From Macrostomum lignano (Eukaryota): a stretch of 64,000 bases of DNA. Positions 40,011 through 52,500 of the stretch are shown here, in pieces (position 1 is the first letter of the stretch; every line of letters starts with the position of its first letter). A model generated the notes under the pieces. The model did not search any database. It saw nothing but the letters and a program-made list of their open reading frames with translations, and was not told the DNA's origin. The stretch spans positions 34,011-98,010 of the forward strand of contig NIVC01002893.1 in NCBI GenBank assembly GCA_002269645.1. The letters run 5' to 3'. Position numbers and translations under genes: made by a program.

Positions 40011-42122
40011 AAAGACTTTGAAATGTATAGATTGAACTACTATTTTGTTCGCAATATTTGCTCATAGGTATCAAACAGTTGGTTTTATTTTGACTCAAAT
40101 GGCTCATATATAGTGGTTTCTACCCCATACGATTAAAACAAAAAATTAATTCCCCAATTTATTTTGCACAGTAAAACAAAATGTTCAGTATGGTAAAACA
40201 AATACATTCAATGCATTAAAACAAAATATTTATCTAGTATTTTGCACAAGTTTAGTTTCTAGGAAATCATACCTTTATTGCTAAAAATTCATACAGTATT
40301 GAAGCACTACTACATTAGTCACTAAGCTGCTAGTTGATACTGTATTGGTAAAAATTATATCTATTTTTACTAAATCTGTGGTTCATTTGAATTAAAAAGT
40401 AAATGCAAGTATTATGAAAATTATATATATGGGCAGGTAAAGTAAGTGGGCTTTAGCCATTTTTAATAGCTGAGTGACCTGCCTTGCTGCCCCCCTTTTT
40501 TATTGCCCCAACCTTCTACTTGTGCTTGTTTTTATGCACTGTATGTATGTGCTCTAACTCAACACCCCTAATCCTCGGTGTGTGTGTTTTATATATACAT
40601 TGCTCAGCTCAACATGAGAGGGTGCTGCTGCTGCTCAAAATATCCATAATCTTTAATCTTTGGGCATTCATTGCACAGATATGGGGCAACCTTCTTTGCC
40701 AGCTCAGGTGTATCTGTGCATAAAGTGATGGCCTTGGGTGACTATCAAAGCAATGTTCCGTTACATTCAAACTGATGTCAAGGCTTGCTGGCGTGCAGTG
40801 GAAACAGTATCAGCCTTCATCGTCAGCTGCCCCCATCCTCTTGCTGCTCCTAACTCTTTTATTTGGCCTTGGGCCTGCCTCGCTGTGCTTGATCGCCCAC
40901 TTGCTCATCTCTGCCTCTTTGCTCTGGACATTAATATATTTAAAGAAGTTATTTATTGTAGATTATTAATAATTTATTTTGTACAAAGGTTTATTAAAAG
41001 CAAAAAATAATGAAGGCCTTCTACATTGATAAAAATCTATGGAAAGAACATAAAAATTTAAATAATGCCAAATTGAAAAAAATCAATAGCATGATTAAAA
41101 ACCCTATAAATTATTTCACTTATCAACTACAAGTTTATAACAATTATAGCTATAAAATACCCAGATTTTTTATAAGTGACACCTAAACCACTTAATCTTT
41201 CAAAGAGCCATTGTGTAAAAAAGTTAAAAAATAAAATTTTCAGTACATCTGCTAGTAATTCTGTTAGAATTTCAAACTATAGACTACTATAAGTAGGCTG
41301 ATGATTATGGAAAGCATTCCAAATTCAAAGTACAGAATGTTATTGATGCTGGCTTTGCCTTTTAAAGTGTCTATGCAGTCTAACTAGTGATGGGTGCAAA
41401 GATGTCACAGACCCATTCCAATCCCCTATTCAAGAAGTAATGCGGAGAAGTGTGTCGAACTTTAACGCCCATGATCTTTAATAGAACTTATTTAACAAAA
41501 TGAAAGTTCTTAACTACAAGTTTAAAAAGTGGGCATCAATCGAAAAAAAACTCAGCTATTTCGGTGTGTTGTTGTATGTTTGTGAAGCAGTAAAAGTAAA
41601 CAGCAATTCATATAGACGTAAACCAAAAGCAAATAGTATGTATGTCTCCTTTGTAGCAAATAGAGAGCTTACAGACTCATCATAAATCATATCTTAAGTA
41701 GAAGTAGAATCGCTAGGGAAAGAGTGGTACGGCTCGGAGCAGCGAGGATACAATCTTCTCAATCCTGCTCACTGCCTAACTAAAAGGTGACTGAGGACTG
41801 AGGACTTAGGACAGCATCTCTAAGGTTGGGCGCTCTGGTTTAGAATTGGAAATGCAAAGCATTCTCTGCGCGTCTCGTATTCCCTGCTGCGTGTTGCCTT
41901 TGCTCGCCTAGGCCCATATTTCTCTTTTTCACCACTCCAACCAGCCTTGCTCTCCTCTTCTCTCCACTCCCCCATTCTCTTTCTGTCCTGCCTCTCTTGT
42001 GTTGTGTGTGTTTTTTCGTCTCGAGGCTCGCTAAATCGATTTTGGCTATCGCTTTCTCTTTATCTCCTTAAGCTCCGAGGGGTTTGCCCTTCATCACTAT
42101 ATTCTATATTATTATCACTATA

Positions 42123-42126
<4 letters not shown>

Positions 42127-42197
<71 letters not shown>
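42127..42197. repeat. (CT)n/(GA)n microsatellite in a pyrimidine-rich region upstream of the zinc-finger gene
   Basis: Directly visible. The wider 41900-43320 region is strongly CT-skewed. Confidence 0.95.
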
Positions 42198-42201
<4 letters not shown>

Positions 42202-43465
42202 TTCCGTCTCTCATCCTCTCTCCCTCTATCCTCTCCTTCTCCCTATCTCGTCTCTGTAGTCTCTTACGTACTTTCTTTTCCTTTTTTACTGGACGCGAAT
42301 TTGTTTCTTTGCTTCTCCACCCCCCACCCCCCCCTGCCCGGTCTGGTTTTCCACCCTTTTCCATCTCTACAGTTTTTTCTCCTTTTTTCTCTTACTTGTT
42401 TTGTGCGCGCGCTCAGGCGCTCGACTTTACTTTTCCCTTCGGAGAGGGGGGGGTAGTCTTGCCTTTCTTCTTTTTGCTGACTTTCCTGTCTTGCCCAGCT
42501 CTTTCTGTCACTCTTTCTCTCTGTCTATCTCTCAGCGCATTCGTGTGAGTGTTGTGTGCTTCCTTTGCCTTTCTCTCTTTTTTATGCTTTCCTCGTACTT
42601 CTGTTCCAGCCCATCCCGCGCCGAACTGAGGGACGGAGTTGCCAGGCTATTGGGGAGAAAAAAATAGAAAGCAGCTGAAAGAATCGCGAACGGAGACAGG
42701 CAGAGAAAATGAGATAGAATGACTGAATGTTGTTCAGAAGAGAAGGGCGTATTGCGGGGGACTTCGCTCCCCTCAGCCTCTCCTATTTCCATCATTCCGC
42801 AGTGTGTTAGGTCGCTCCCTTCTGTATCCTTTCAGTTCTCTTTCTTCTTTTTTTCTACTCTGCCCAAACTGCGCCAGCCAGCTCCCCTTTCCCCTCCTAA
42901 GTGTGTATAAAGGCCAGCAGACTCAGGGCGAAATGGGGGCGAGGCAAAAAAAGGAAGCAGTCGGGCGCCAACCTCATCCTAGATCCCCTCTCTCTTTTCT
43001 CTTTCTCTCTGTTCTGTCTGTCTTTCCCCCCTCACATACACACACAAATCCTTCAACTCTAGAATGGGATCGGGGAATGGCTTGTGGGGGGGGGGAGAAG
43101 GGAAAAGGGACCCTTTTTCTCCCTTTGCTTCGTAGTCTCTTTCTCTTCTGTCTGTCTGTCTCTCCCTCTCTCACTGCCACTCTCCCTTGTATCCTCCACT
43201 CGCATTGCCAGACCCCCTCGCTAAGATGCTCTTCCCAAGAGAGAGAGAGAAAGGAAAGGACCGCACACTCACACGCTCGCATAAATGTATATAAATATCT
43301 TCATCAAAATATTGAGTTCCGGACTCGCTTCTCGGTCTGACAATTTTTGCGCGTCTCTTAATAAATTGCTAATCGTCATTTTCTTAATCCAAATAGGATT
43401 ATTAATTTATCGAGTTAATAAATTTCTGCTTGAGTGATCCCTGGCAGCAGCAATAAATTACAGCA

Positions 43466-46400
43466 ATGGCATCTGCCGCTGTCGAACCGCTGCTTCCGCA
43501 GCAGCAGCAGCAGCAGCAACAACAACTACAGCTGGGCAACCTGGACAAGATGCTGGTGCACGTGTTGCGCTGTCCCCAGTGCACTTTTCTAACCCTGGCC
43601 CAGAAGCGGCTGCAGCAGCACATCGCCGAGGCGCATCCTGGCGAGCCAATATTCTACACTCTGCACACCTGCGCCGTTTGCAGCGCCGTCACCACGGAGA
43701 AGCACCTGATGGAGGAGCACAGGCTGCTTTATCACTGCGGCGAAACTGAAGACTCCCTGCTGCTCACCGCTCTGCCTGCGGTTGTAGACGGAACTGAAAG
43801 TCACGCCAACGCTGCCGCCGTCTCCGCTGCCGTCTCCGCTGCCGTCTCGGCCGCTGCAACCTCCCTCGCTGGCTCCATCGAGTCCAAGGTAACCGGAGCA
43901 CTGTAGCTTAACTAAGAATAAGCTAGATTGCGTAAGCATGCTTATGTGCCTACTTAATTAGTAGCATCGTTAGAACCTAGCGCTATGTTGTGTATTTAAA
44001 TTCTCTATTTAGCTAATTTAGCCCGCTACCCCAATAAAGGGCCACCCACCACCCCAATATAGAACTACCCGCCACCGTAATATAGAGTTACTCACCACCC
44101 CAACGCCACCCTAATATAGGGCTACCCAACAACCCAATATAGGGCTACCCAACAACCCAATATAGGGCTTACCTCCACCCCAATATTGATTTACCCGCCA
44201 CCCCAATATAGGGCTATCCGCCACCCCAATATAGGGCCACCCGCCACCCCAATATAGGGCCACCCGCAACCCCAATATAGGGCTATCCACCATCCCAATA
44301 AAGGGCTACCCACCATCCCAATAAAGGGCTACCCACCACCCCAACATAGGGCTACCCAACAACCCAATATAGGGCTTACCTCCACCCCAATATTGATTTA
44401 CCCGCCACCCCAATATAGGGCTACCCGCCACCCCAATATAGAGCCACCCGCCAACCCAATATAGAGCCACCCGCCACCCCAATATAGGGCCACCCGCCGC
44501 CCCAATATAGGGCTACCCGCCATCCCAATAAAGGGCTACCCACCATCCTAATATAGGGCTACCCGCCACCGCAATATAGGGCCACCCGCCACCCCAATAT
44601 AGGGCCACCCGCCACCCCAATATAGGGCTACACACCACCCCATTATAGAGTTACTCACCACCCCAATATACAATATAGGCCACCGCCACCCTAATATAGG
44701 GCTACCCAACAACCCAAAATAGGGCTACCCACCACCCCAATATTGGTTTATCCGCCACTCCAATATAGGGCTACCCGCCACCCCAATATAGAGCCACCCG
44801 CCACCCCAATATAGGGCCACCCGCAACCCCAATATAGGGCTATCCACCATCCCAATAAAGGGCTACCCACCATCCCAATAAAGGGCTACCCACCACCCCA
44901 ATATAGGGCTACCCGCCACCCCAATATAGGGCCACCCGCAACCCCAATATAGGGCTATCCACCATCCCAATAAAGGGCTACCCACCATCCCAATAAAGGG
45001 CTACCCACCACCCCAATATAGGGCTACCCGCCACCCCAATATAGGGCTACCCACCACCCCATTATAGAGTTACCCACCACCCCAATATACAATATAGGCC
45101 ACCGCCACCCTAATATAGGGCTACCCAACAACCCAATATAGGGCTACCCGCCACCCCAATATAGGGCCACCCGCCACCCCAATATAGGGCCACCCGCCAC
45201 CCCAATATAGGGCCACCCGCAACCCCAATATAGGGCTATCCACCATCCCAATAAAGGGCTACCCACCATCCCAATAAAGGGCTACCCACCACCCCATTAT
45301 AGAGTTACTCACCACCCCAATATACAATAGAGGCCACCGCCACCCTAATATAGGGCTACCCAACAACCCAATATAGGGCTACCCACCACCCCAATATTGG
45401 TTTATCCGCCACTCCAATATAGGGCTACCCACCACCCCAATATAGGGCTACCCACCACCCCAATATAGGGCTACCCGCCACCCCAATATAGAGCCACCCG
45501 CCACCAAAGTATAGGGCTACTCGATACCTTAACCAACCTATGCACCATTACGTATTACAGATCGCAATGGACTCCGTACTGCTTGGCAACCTGTCCTCAA
45601 TGCTTGAGAGCGGCAGTCACGGGCCTATTGCCGCAATTCCTAACCAGCCCGTATTCCCTACTGAGTACATTACCGCAATGCCGGTTGCCTCTACCGCTGC
45701 CAGATCGCCAGCCGCCAGTTACCCCAACGGTCTCCATGGCAACAATAATAACAATAACAACAGTACCCATAGCAACTATAATAAACGCCGTTGCCAACGC
45801 GGTATCCAACAGCGCCAGGTTGCTCGGGCTGCCGCTTTCCTGGGCGTCGATGCCGTTGCGCCACTTATCGGCCGTCAGTCCCAGACTCCCAATCAGCATC
45901 ATCACCAAAAGCAGCAGCAGCAGCATACTCTACCGCCAAATGGCGTCGAATTAATGGAAGACGAGGCCTACCTTGGCGAGGACAGCGCCAAGCCCTGGCT
46001 GTGCAGAGTTTGCAGCACCTGTTTTCCGCATCAGGCCAGCCTGAGGCGGCACATGAAGTTGCACGACACTAATAAAAGATTCAAGTGCGACAAGTGTCAT
46101 AAGCGATTCTCTTATCGGTGAGTTTTTGCCCCGGCTGTTGGACAAAACGCCCCCTTTATTTGTTCAATGTGATTTTTAAGCCGCTTCACAGCCGCTAATA
46201 CTCAAAATCTCACCCTGAGAATAAGTCTCAATCTCACCCTTAGAATCGCCTCACAATCTCACCTTGAGAATCCCCTCACAATCTCACAACAAGAATCGCC
46301 TCATAATCTCACCTTGTGAATCGCCTCACAATCTCACCTGAGAATAGTCTCACAATCTCACCTGAGAATAGCCTCACAATCTCACCCTGAGAATCCCCTC

Positions 46401-47593
46401 ACAATCTCACCCTGAGAATCCCCTCACAATCTCACCCTTAAAATCGCCTCACAATCTCACCCTTAAAATCGCCTCACAATCTCACCCTTAAAATCGCCTC
46501 ACAATCTCACACCAAGAATTGCCTCATAATCTCACCTTGAGAATCGCCTCACAATCTCACCTGAGAATAGTCTCACAATCTCACCTGAGAATAGTCTCAC
46601 AATCTCACCTGAGAATAGTATCACAACCTCACCCTGAGGATCGCCTCATCGTCATAATCTCACCCTGAGATTCGCCTCAAAATCTCACCCTGAGAATCGC
46701 CTCACAACCTCACCCTGAGAATCGCCTCACAACCTCACCCTGAGAATAGTCTCACAATCTCACCCAGAGAATCGCCTCACAATCTCACCTGAGAATCGTC
46801 TCATAATGTCACCCCAAGAATCGCCTTATAATCTCACCATGAGAATGCCTTAGAATCTCATCCTGAGAATAGTATCACAAAACCTCACCCTGAGGATCGC
46901 CTCATCGTCACAATCTCACCCTGGGATTCGCTTCAAAATCTTAACCTGAGAATCGCCTCACAACCTCACCCTGAGATTCGCCTCACAATCTCACCCTGAG
47001 AAGTGAGAATAGTCACATAACCCCACCCTGAAGATCAATCGCATGTTGGCCTCAAACCGACTTAAATCGCGTCCCCTAATTCGTCCCGCAGCTGCAACCT
47101 GATGCTGCACTACCGCACCCACACTAACGAGCGCCCGTTTCACTGTGTAACCTGCGGCGCCCGTTTCAACCAGCGAGTCCATCTGCAGAATCACATTCAG
47201 AATGTGCACAGCGGACCCGGCGGCGTGAGGCCAGCCGTTACTCACGAGTGCGACATCTGCGGCGCCTGGTTCGTGCAGATCAACGCCCTGACTCGGCACC
47301 AGCGACTGCATCACGACGAGGCTGCTGGCACCGTTGCTAAACGACATTCAAACGATTCTTTGAAGCACGAACCCCAGCTGCCGGAGTCTGATGATCGCAA
47401 TGGGGATCACGATAATCGGGATTTGCCGCCTCCACAGCTGGAGGCGTCGAATGTGCCAGATGACCAGCTTGAGCAGCCGGTCGATTCGAAGAACGCCGAA
47501 GCGCCTCGCTTGTCCGAGATGGAGACGTCTGAGAGTGCCGTTATTGGCGAAGTTTGCGCCGAAGCGTTGGAACAGGCAAACGGTCCGGAGTGA
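43466..47593 (+). CDS. C2H2 zinc-finger protein (~493 aa, 6 fingers, poly-Q/N tracts)
   Basis: Exons 43466-43888, 45561-46117 and 47092-47593 are phase-consistent (K|I; CG|C gives R). Fingers: CPQC..HIAEAH, CAVC..HRLLYH, CRVC..HMKLH, CDKC..HYRTH with a TNERPF linker, CVTC..HIQNVH, CDIC..HQRLH. Confidence 0.92.
44030..45510. repeat. 23-bp minisatellite (CCCAATATAGGGCTACCCGCCAC)n in zinc-finger intron 1
   Basis: About 60 units. The core CCAATATAGG fits CC(A/T)6GG. Confidence 0.97.
46205..47000. repeat. 25-bp minisatellite (TCACAATCTCACCCTGAGAATCGCC)n in zinc-finger intron 2
   Basis: About 30 diverged units with the internal palindrome TCTCA-CCC-TGAGA. Confidence 0.95.
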
Positions 47594-47694
47594 TTGATTG
47601 GTGTCTGATTAACTTGCTTGTTTACACTGGGAGTCCGTCCATACTCCATTCTTTTCTTTGGTCATTGCGTGTTGGTCATTGCCTCCTACCTCTT

Positions 47695-48550
47695 GTGATC
47701 ATTGCCTGTCGGTCATTGCCCTTTTTTGATCATTGCCTGTCGGTCATTGCCCTTTTTTGATCATTGCCTGTCGGTCATCCCCCCTTATGATCATTGCCTG
47801 TCGGTCATTCCCCCTTATGATCATTGCCTGTCGGTCATCCCCCCTTATGATCATTGCCTGTCTGTCATTGCCCCTTATGATCATTGCCTGTCGGTCATCC
47901 CCCCTTATGATCATTGCCTGTCTGTCATTCCCCTTATGATCATTGCCTGTCGGTCATTCCCCCCCTATGATCATTGCCTGTCTGTCATTGCCCCTTATGA
48001 TCATTGCCTGTCTGTCATTGCCCCTTATGATCATTGCCTGTCGGTCATTGCCCCCTACCACTTATGATCATTGCCTGTCGGTCATTGCCCTTTTTTGATC
48101 ATTGCCTGTCGGTCATCCCCCTTATGATCATTGCCTGTCGGTCATTGCCCTTTTTTGATCATTGCCTGTCGTTCATTGCCATTTTTGATCATTGCCTGTC
48201 GGTCATCCCCCCTTATGATCATTGCCTGTCGGTCATTCCCCCTTATGATCATTGCCTGTCGGTCATCCCCCCTTATGATCATTGCCTGTCTGTCATTGCC
48301 CCTTATGATCATTGCCTGTCGGTCATCCCCCCTTATGATCATTGCCTGTCTGTCATTCCCCCTTATGATCATTGCCTGTCGGTCATTCCCCCCCCCCTAT
48401 GATCATTGCCTGTCTGTCATTGCCCCTTATGATCATTGCCTGTCTGTCATTGCCCCTTATGATCATTGCCTGTCTGTCATTGCCCCTTATGATCATTGCC
48501 TGTCGGTCATTGCCCCTACCACTTATGATCATTGCCTGTCGGTCATTGCC
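47695..48550. repeat. 30-bp minisatellite (TGATCATTGCCTGTCGGTCATTGCCCCTTA)n just downstream of the zinc-finger stop
   Basis: About 28 units. An AATAAA lies at about 48649. Confidence 0.96.
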
Positions 48551-49239
48551 TTCTCTACCGCCCCTGAGTCACCTCTATTTTTCAGTATATATTTTTAATG
48601 GCATTCTAGTACAACTCGTATTAAGCAGCGTTGATATTAAATATTTTAAATAAAATAAACTTTTTGCGCCCTATACTACTGCCAGTAAGCTGCATGTTGT
48701 TGCGTTGTCTTCTTACACTATTTTTGAGTGTTGTCTTTCTTCGTGTATCTGCGTGGACACTGAACTCATATTTGAGCATGAGATTACTATGCAATCTTGC
48801 ACAACCCATAATCATATTTCTCTGTTGATTAATCTGGCACAGATTTTGTCTCTAAAGCTTCTTCGAAACGTTTCTACTATAAGTAGCTTACACGCAAATG
48901 TGCTGCTGAGTGGCCAATCTCTCCTGGAGATTAGAGACTTCACTTTTGCGTTCGAATTTTATATTAGTCACGATGGATGATTATGAAAGTTTTGCAGTAA
49001 TTTTTCTATTTGTTTTTTCGCATCAATTGACACTTTTTGTTCTGCATATTGGTACATAATTTTTATGCAATTTTTTCATGTTTATTATGCTTGCACTTTT
49101 GTGTCACAAACTCAGCCTAGTCATCACTTGTGCAGTTATATAGAATTATATGATTAATCTGTGAGATTTTGTTGTCCGCCTTCAATAACTATGGTTTTGG
49201 TTAACCTCAGTTCTTTTAAAAAAATTGCTAACTCTCGAA

Positions 49240-49430
49240 AGGACGAATCTCAGGGTCGATTCCCATCTAAGAACGAATCTCAGGGTCGATTCCCATCTAA
49301 GAACGAATCTCATAGGGTCGATTCCCATCTAAACACGAATCTCATAGGATCGATTCCCTTTTAAAGACGAATCTCATAGGGTCGATTCCCACCTAAACAC
49401 GAATCTCATAGGGTCGATTTCCATCTAATC
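49240..49430. repeat. ~31-33-bp tandem repeat (CGAATCTCATAGGGTCGATTCCCATCTAA...)
   Basis: About 6 units upstream of the AGK start. Confidence 0.85.
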
Positions 49431-49511
49431 TTGTAAGTTTTACCAGTTTTTTAACCGTGAAATTTCAATTAAGCAGTATTTATTGAATGCATGCTACTGA
49501 CCTCATAGCAG

Positions 49512-52500
49512 ATGAGTAGTCTAGTCAGATGTTTTTCGCGCATTTTATTTTGCATGCCTATCCTACGCGTTATCCGCGAGAACCCGAAGAAGTGCGCGGC
49601 CGGCGCCCTAGCGGCTGGGTGGCTGGCCAACTGGCTCTACACACGGCAGGCGGAGCGAGCCGAACTTCGCCAGCATTGTCGATGGGCGAAGGCGTTCGGC
49701 GATGCGCCCGTCAGCGGCCAGTGGCAGCAGACGGGCCAGCGTAGGCCGCAGTCACAGCAGCAACAGCAGCCGCGTCGGGTTACAGTGCTGTTTAATCCTA
49801 GGGCAGCTCAGAGCGCCTGGTTTGAGAAGGCTCTGTCGCCTATGCTGCATTTGGCTGGCTTTGAGGTTGGACTTTCATCTCTGGAGTTGGAGGGCTGGGA
49901 TCTCTGGAGTTGGAGGACTGGGATCTCTGGGGTTGGAGGGCTGGGATCTCTGGGGTTGGAGGACTGGGATCTCTGGAGTTGGAGGACTGGGATCTTTGGG
50001 GTTGGGTAGGCTGGGATCTTTGGGGTTGGGTAGGCTGAAATCTCTGGGGTTGGAGGGCTGGGATCTCTCGTATTGGAGGACTGGGATCTCTGGTGTTGAA
50101 GGGCTGGGATCTCTGGTTTTGGAGGGCTGGGATCTTTGGTGTTCGAGGGATGAGATCTCTGGGGTTGGAGGGCTGGGATCTTTGGAGTGGGTAGGCTGGG
50201 ATCTCTGGGGTTGGAGACTGGGATCTCTGGAGTTGGAGGACTGGGATCTTTGGGGTTGGGTAGGCTGGGATCTTTGGGGTTGGGTAGGCTGGGATCTTTG
50301 GGGTTGGGTAGGCTGAAATCTCTGGGGTTGGAGGGCTGGGATCTCTGGTGTTGAAGGGCTGGGATCTCTGGTTTTGGAGGGCTGGGATCTCTGGTTTTCG
50401 AGGGATGAGATCTCTGGGGTTGGAGGGCTGGGATCTTTGGAGTGGGTAGGCTGGGATCTCTGCGGTTGGAGGGCTGGCATCTCTTGGGGTTGGAGGGCAG
50501 GGATCTCTGGGGTTGGGTAGGCTGGGATCTCTGGGGTTGGAGGGCTGGGATCTCTTGGGTTGGGTAGGCTGGGATCTCTTGGGTTGGGTAGGCTGGGATC
50601 TCTTGGGTTGGTTAGGCTGGGATCTCTTGGGTTGGGTAGGCTGGGATCTCTTGGGGTTGGAGAGCTGAGATCTCTTGGGTTGGGTAGGCTGGTATCTCTT
50701 GGGGTTGGAGAGCTGAGATCTCTTGGGTTAAGTAGGCTGAGATCTCTGGTGTTGGAGGGCTGGGATCTCTTGGGTTGGGTAGGCTGAGATCTCTTGGGTT
50801 GGGTAAGCTGGGATCTCTGGTGTTGGAGGGCTGGGATCTCTTGGGTTGGAGGGCTGGGATCTCTGCGGTTGGGTAGGCTGGGAGCTCTTGGGTTAGCGGT
50901 CTGATATCTAAAGTTTTGGACTTTTAATTTCCATTAAGGAATTCCAGGTCTGTAATAGTATAATTTCCTAGATATCTAAGGTGCGGGTTCAAATTTTCTG
51001 AAAAGGCCGCAGAGGTTCAAATTTGCTAGAAACTAAGAAATGATTCCAATTTCCTAGAAATTTAGTATTTTTTCTTGGAAAGCTCGAAGTTCTAATTTCC
51101 TAGAAACCAAGAGCTTCCAATTTCGTGGAAAATTGGGTGGGGGTTCCCATTTCCTAGAAAGTTAAAGATTTCAGTTTCCTAGAAACTCAGAGATTCCAAT
51201 TTCCTAGAAACTCAAACATTCTAATTTCCTACAAACTTAGAGATTCCAATTTCCCGGAAACTCAAAGATTCCAATTTCCTGGAAACTCAAAGATTCCAAT
51301 TTCCTGGAAACTCAAAGATTCCAATTTCCTGGAAACTCAAAGATTCCAATTTCCTGGAAACTCGAAGTTCTAATTTCCTAGAAACCAAGAGCTTCCAATT
51401 TCGTGGAAAATGGGGTTGGGGTTCCCATTTCCTAGAAAGTTAAAGATTTCAGTTTCCTAGAAACTCAGAGATTCCAATTTCCTAGAAACTCAAACATTCC
51501 AATTTCCTAGAAACTTATAGATTCCAATTTCCTGGAAACTCAAAGATTCCAATTTCCTGGAAACTCAAAGATTCCAATTTCCTGGAAACTCAAAGATTCC
51601 AATTTCCTGGAAACTTGGGGTAAAAACATTGCGATCTATTGAAAATCTCCTAATCAGAATTCCTTAATCCGTGCTCCATCATTCACTTGTCGTCTGCCTG
51701 CTGCAGGTGCAACTAGTTGAAGGCGACGCGGAGGACGAGAACAAAGGCTTCATGGAGGTGCTGGACCTCAACAGCACTGACGCTGTGCTGGTTGCAGGCG
51801 GCGATGGCACCCTGATGCAGGCGGTCACGGGTCTGCTCCGCCGGCCAGACTCTCGCCGAATTGCCGCTCGCCTGCCGGTTGCCGCCGCTCCGCTTGGCCG
51901 GCGCAGCGATTCGACGTCGACAGTGTCGACTGGCGTTGGCGGCGGCGCAAGTCCCGCCGAAGGCCTGCCGGAGGCTTGCCGGCGGACTGTGGAAGCCCTG
52001 CTGCAGGCGACTTCCGCAAATTTCAATAATACTGCAACAACTACTAAGCGAATAGCTGCTGTTCGACCCATGCGAGTTCGAGTCAGACTAGGGGGCGATT
52101 CTGAGCTGCCGAGGGACACCTACTGCCTGACCGCGCTCGAGTGGTGCGTTTTGGCCATATTTATTGCATATGCAGCGTATTAAGATTCCTACACTCGTAG
52201 ATAAGAGGTTAAAAATTGGAATTTGAGAATGGGAATTCAGATATTGGGATTTGAGAATGGGGATTTGGATATTGGCATTTGAGAATGGGGATTTGGATAT
52301 TGGCATTTGAGAATGGGGATTTGGATATTGGGATTCGATAATGGGGATTTGGATATTGGGATTTGATAATGGGGATTTAGATATTGTGATTTTAGAATTA
52401 GAATTCGGTTATTGGGATTTGAGAATGGGGATTTGGATATTGGGATTTAAGAATGGGGGATCTGATATTGGGATTTCAGAATGGAGATTTGGATATTGGC

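Noticed and set aside
41385-41430. SECIS-like hairpin (GTGATGGGT...AAA...ACCCAT)
   Set aside because: Lacks the 3' GA of the kink-turn quartet, and no selenoprotein CDS lies upstream.
23000-41700. Short AT-rich ORFs of 60-115 aa, and the idea that the block is a decayed giant virus or full Polinton
   Set aside because: No recognisable pPolB, integrase, ATPase or capsid motifs, and no bounding AGT-type TIRs were found. ORF lengths are those expected by chance.
41947-43340. Leu/Ser/Phe-rich and (ER)n ORFs
   Set aside because: Products of CT/GA-skewed low-complexity DNA upstream of the zinc-finger gene.
47702-48598. YDHCLSVIPP repeat ORFs
   Set aside because: Artefact of the 30-bp unit; frames shift between units.
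49866-50787. ORF extensions past AGK exon 1 and the antisense PQRSQP ORF
   Set aside because: Read-through into the intronic minisatellite. AGK homology resumes only at 51707.
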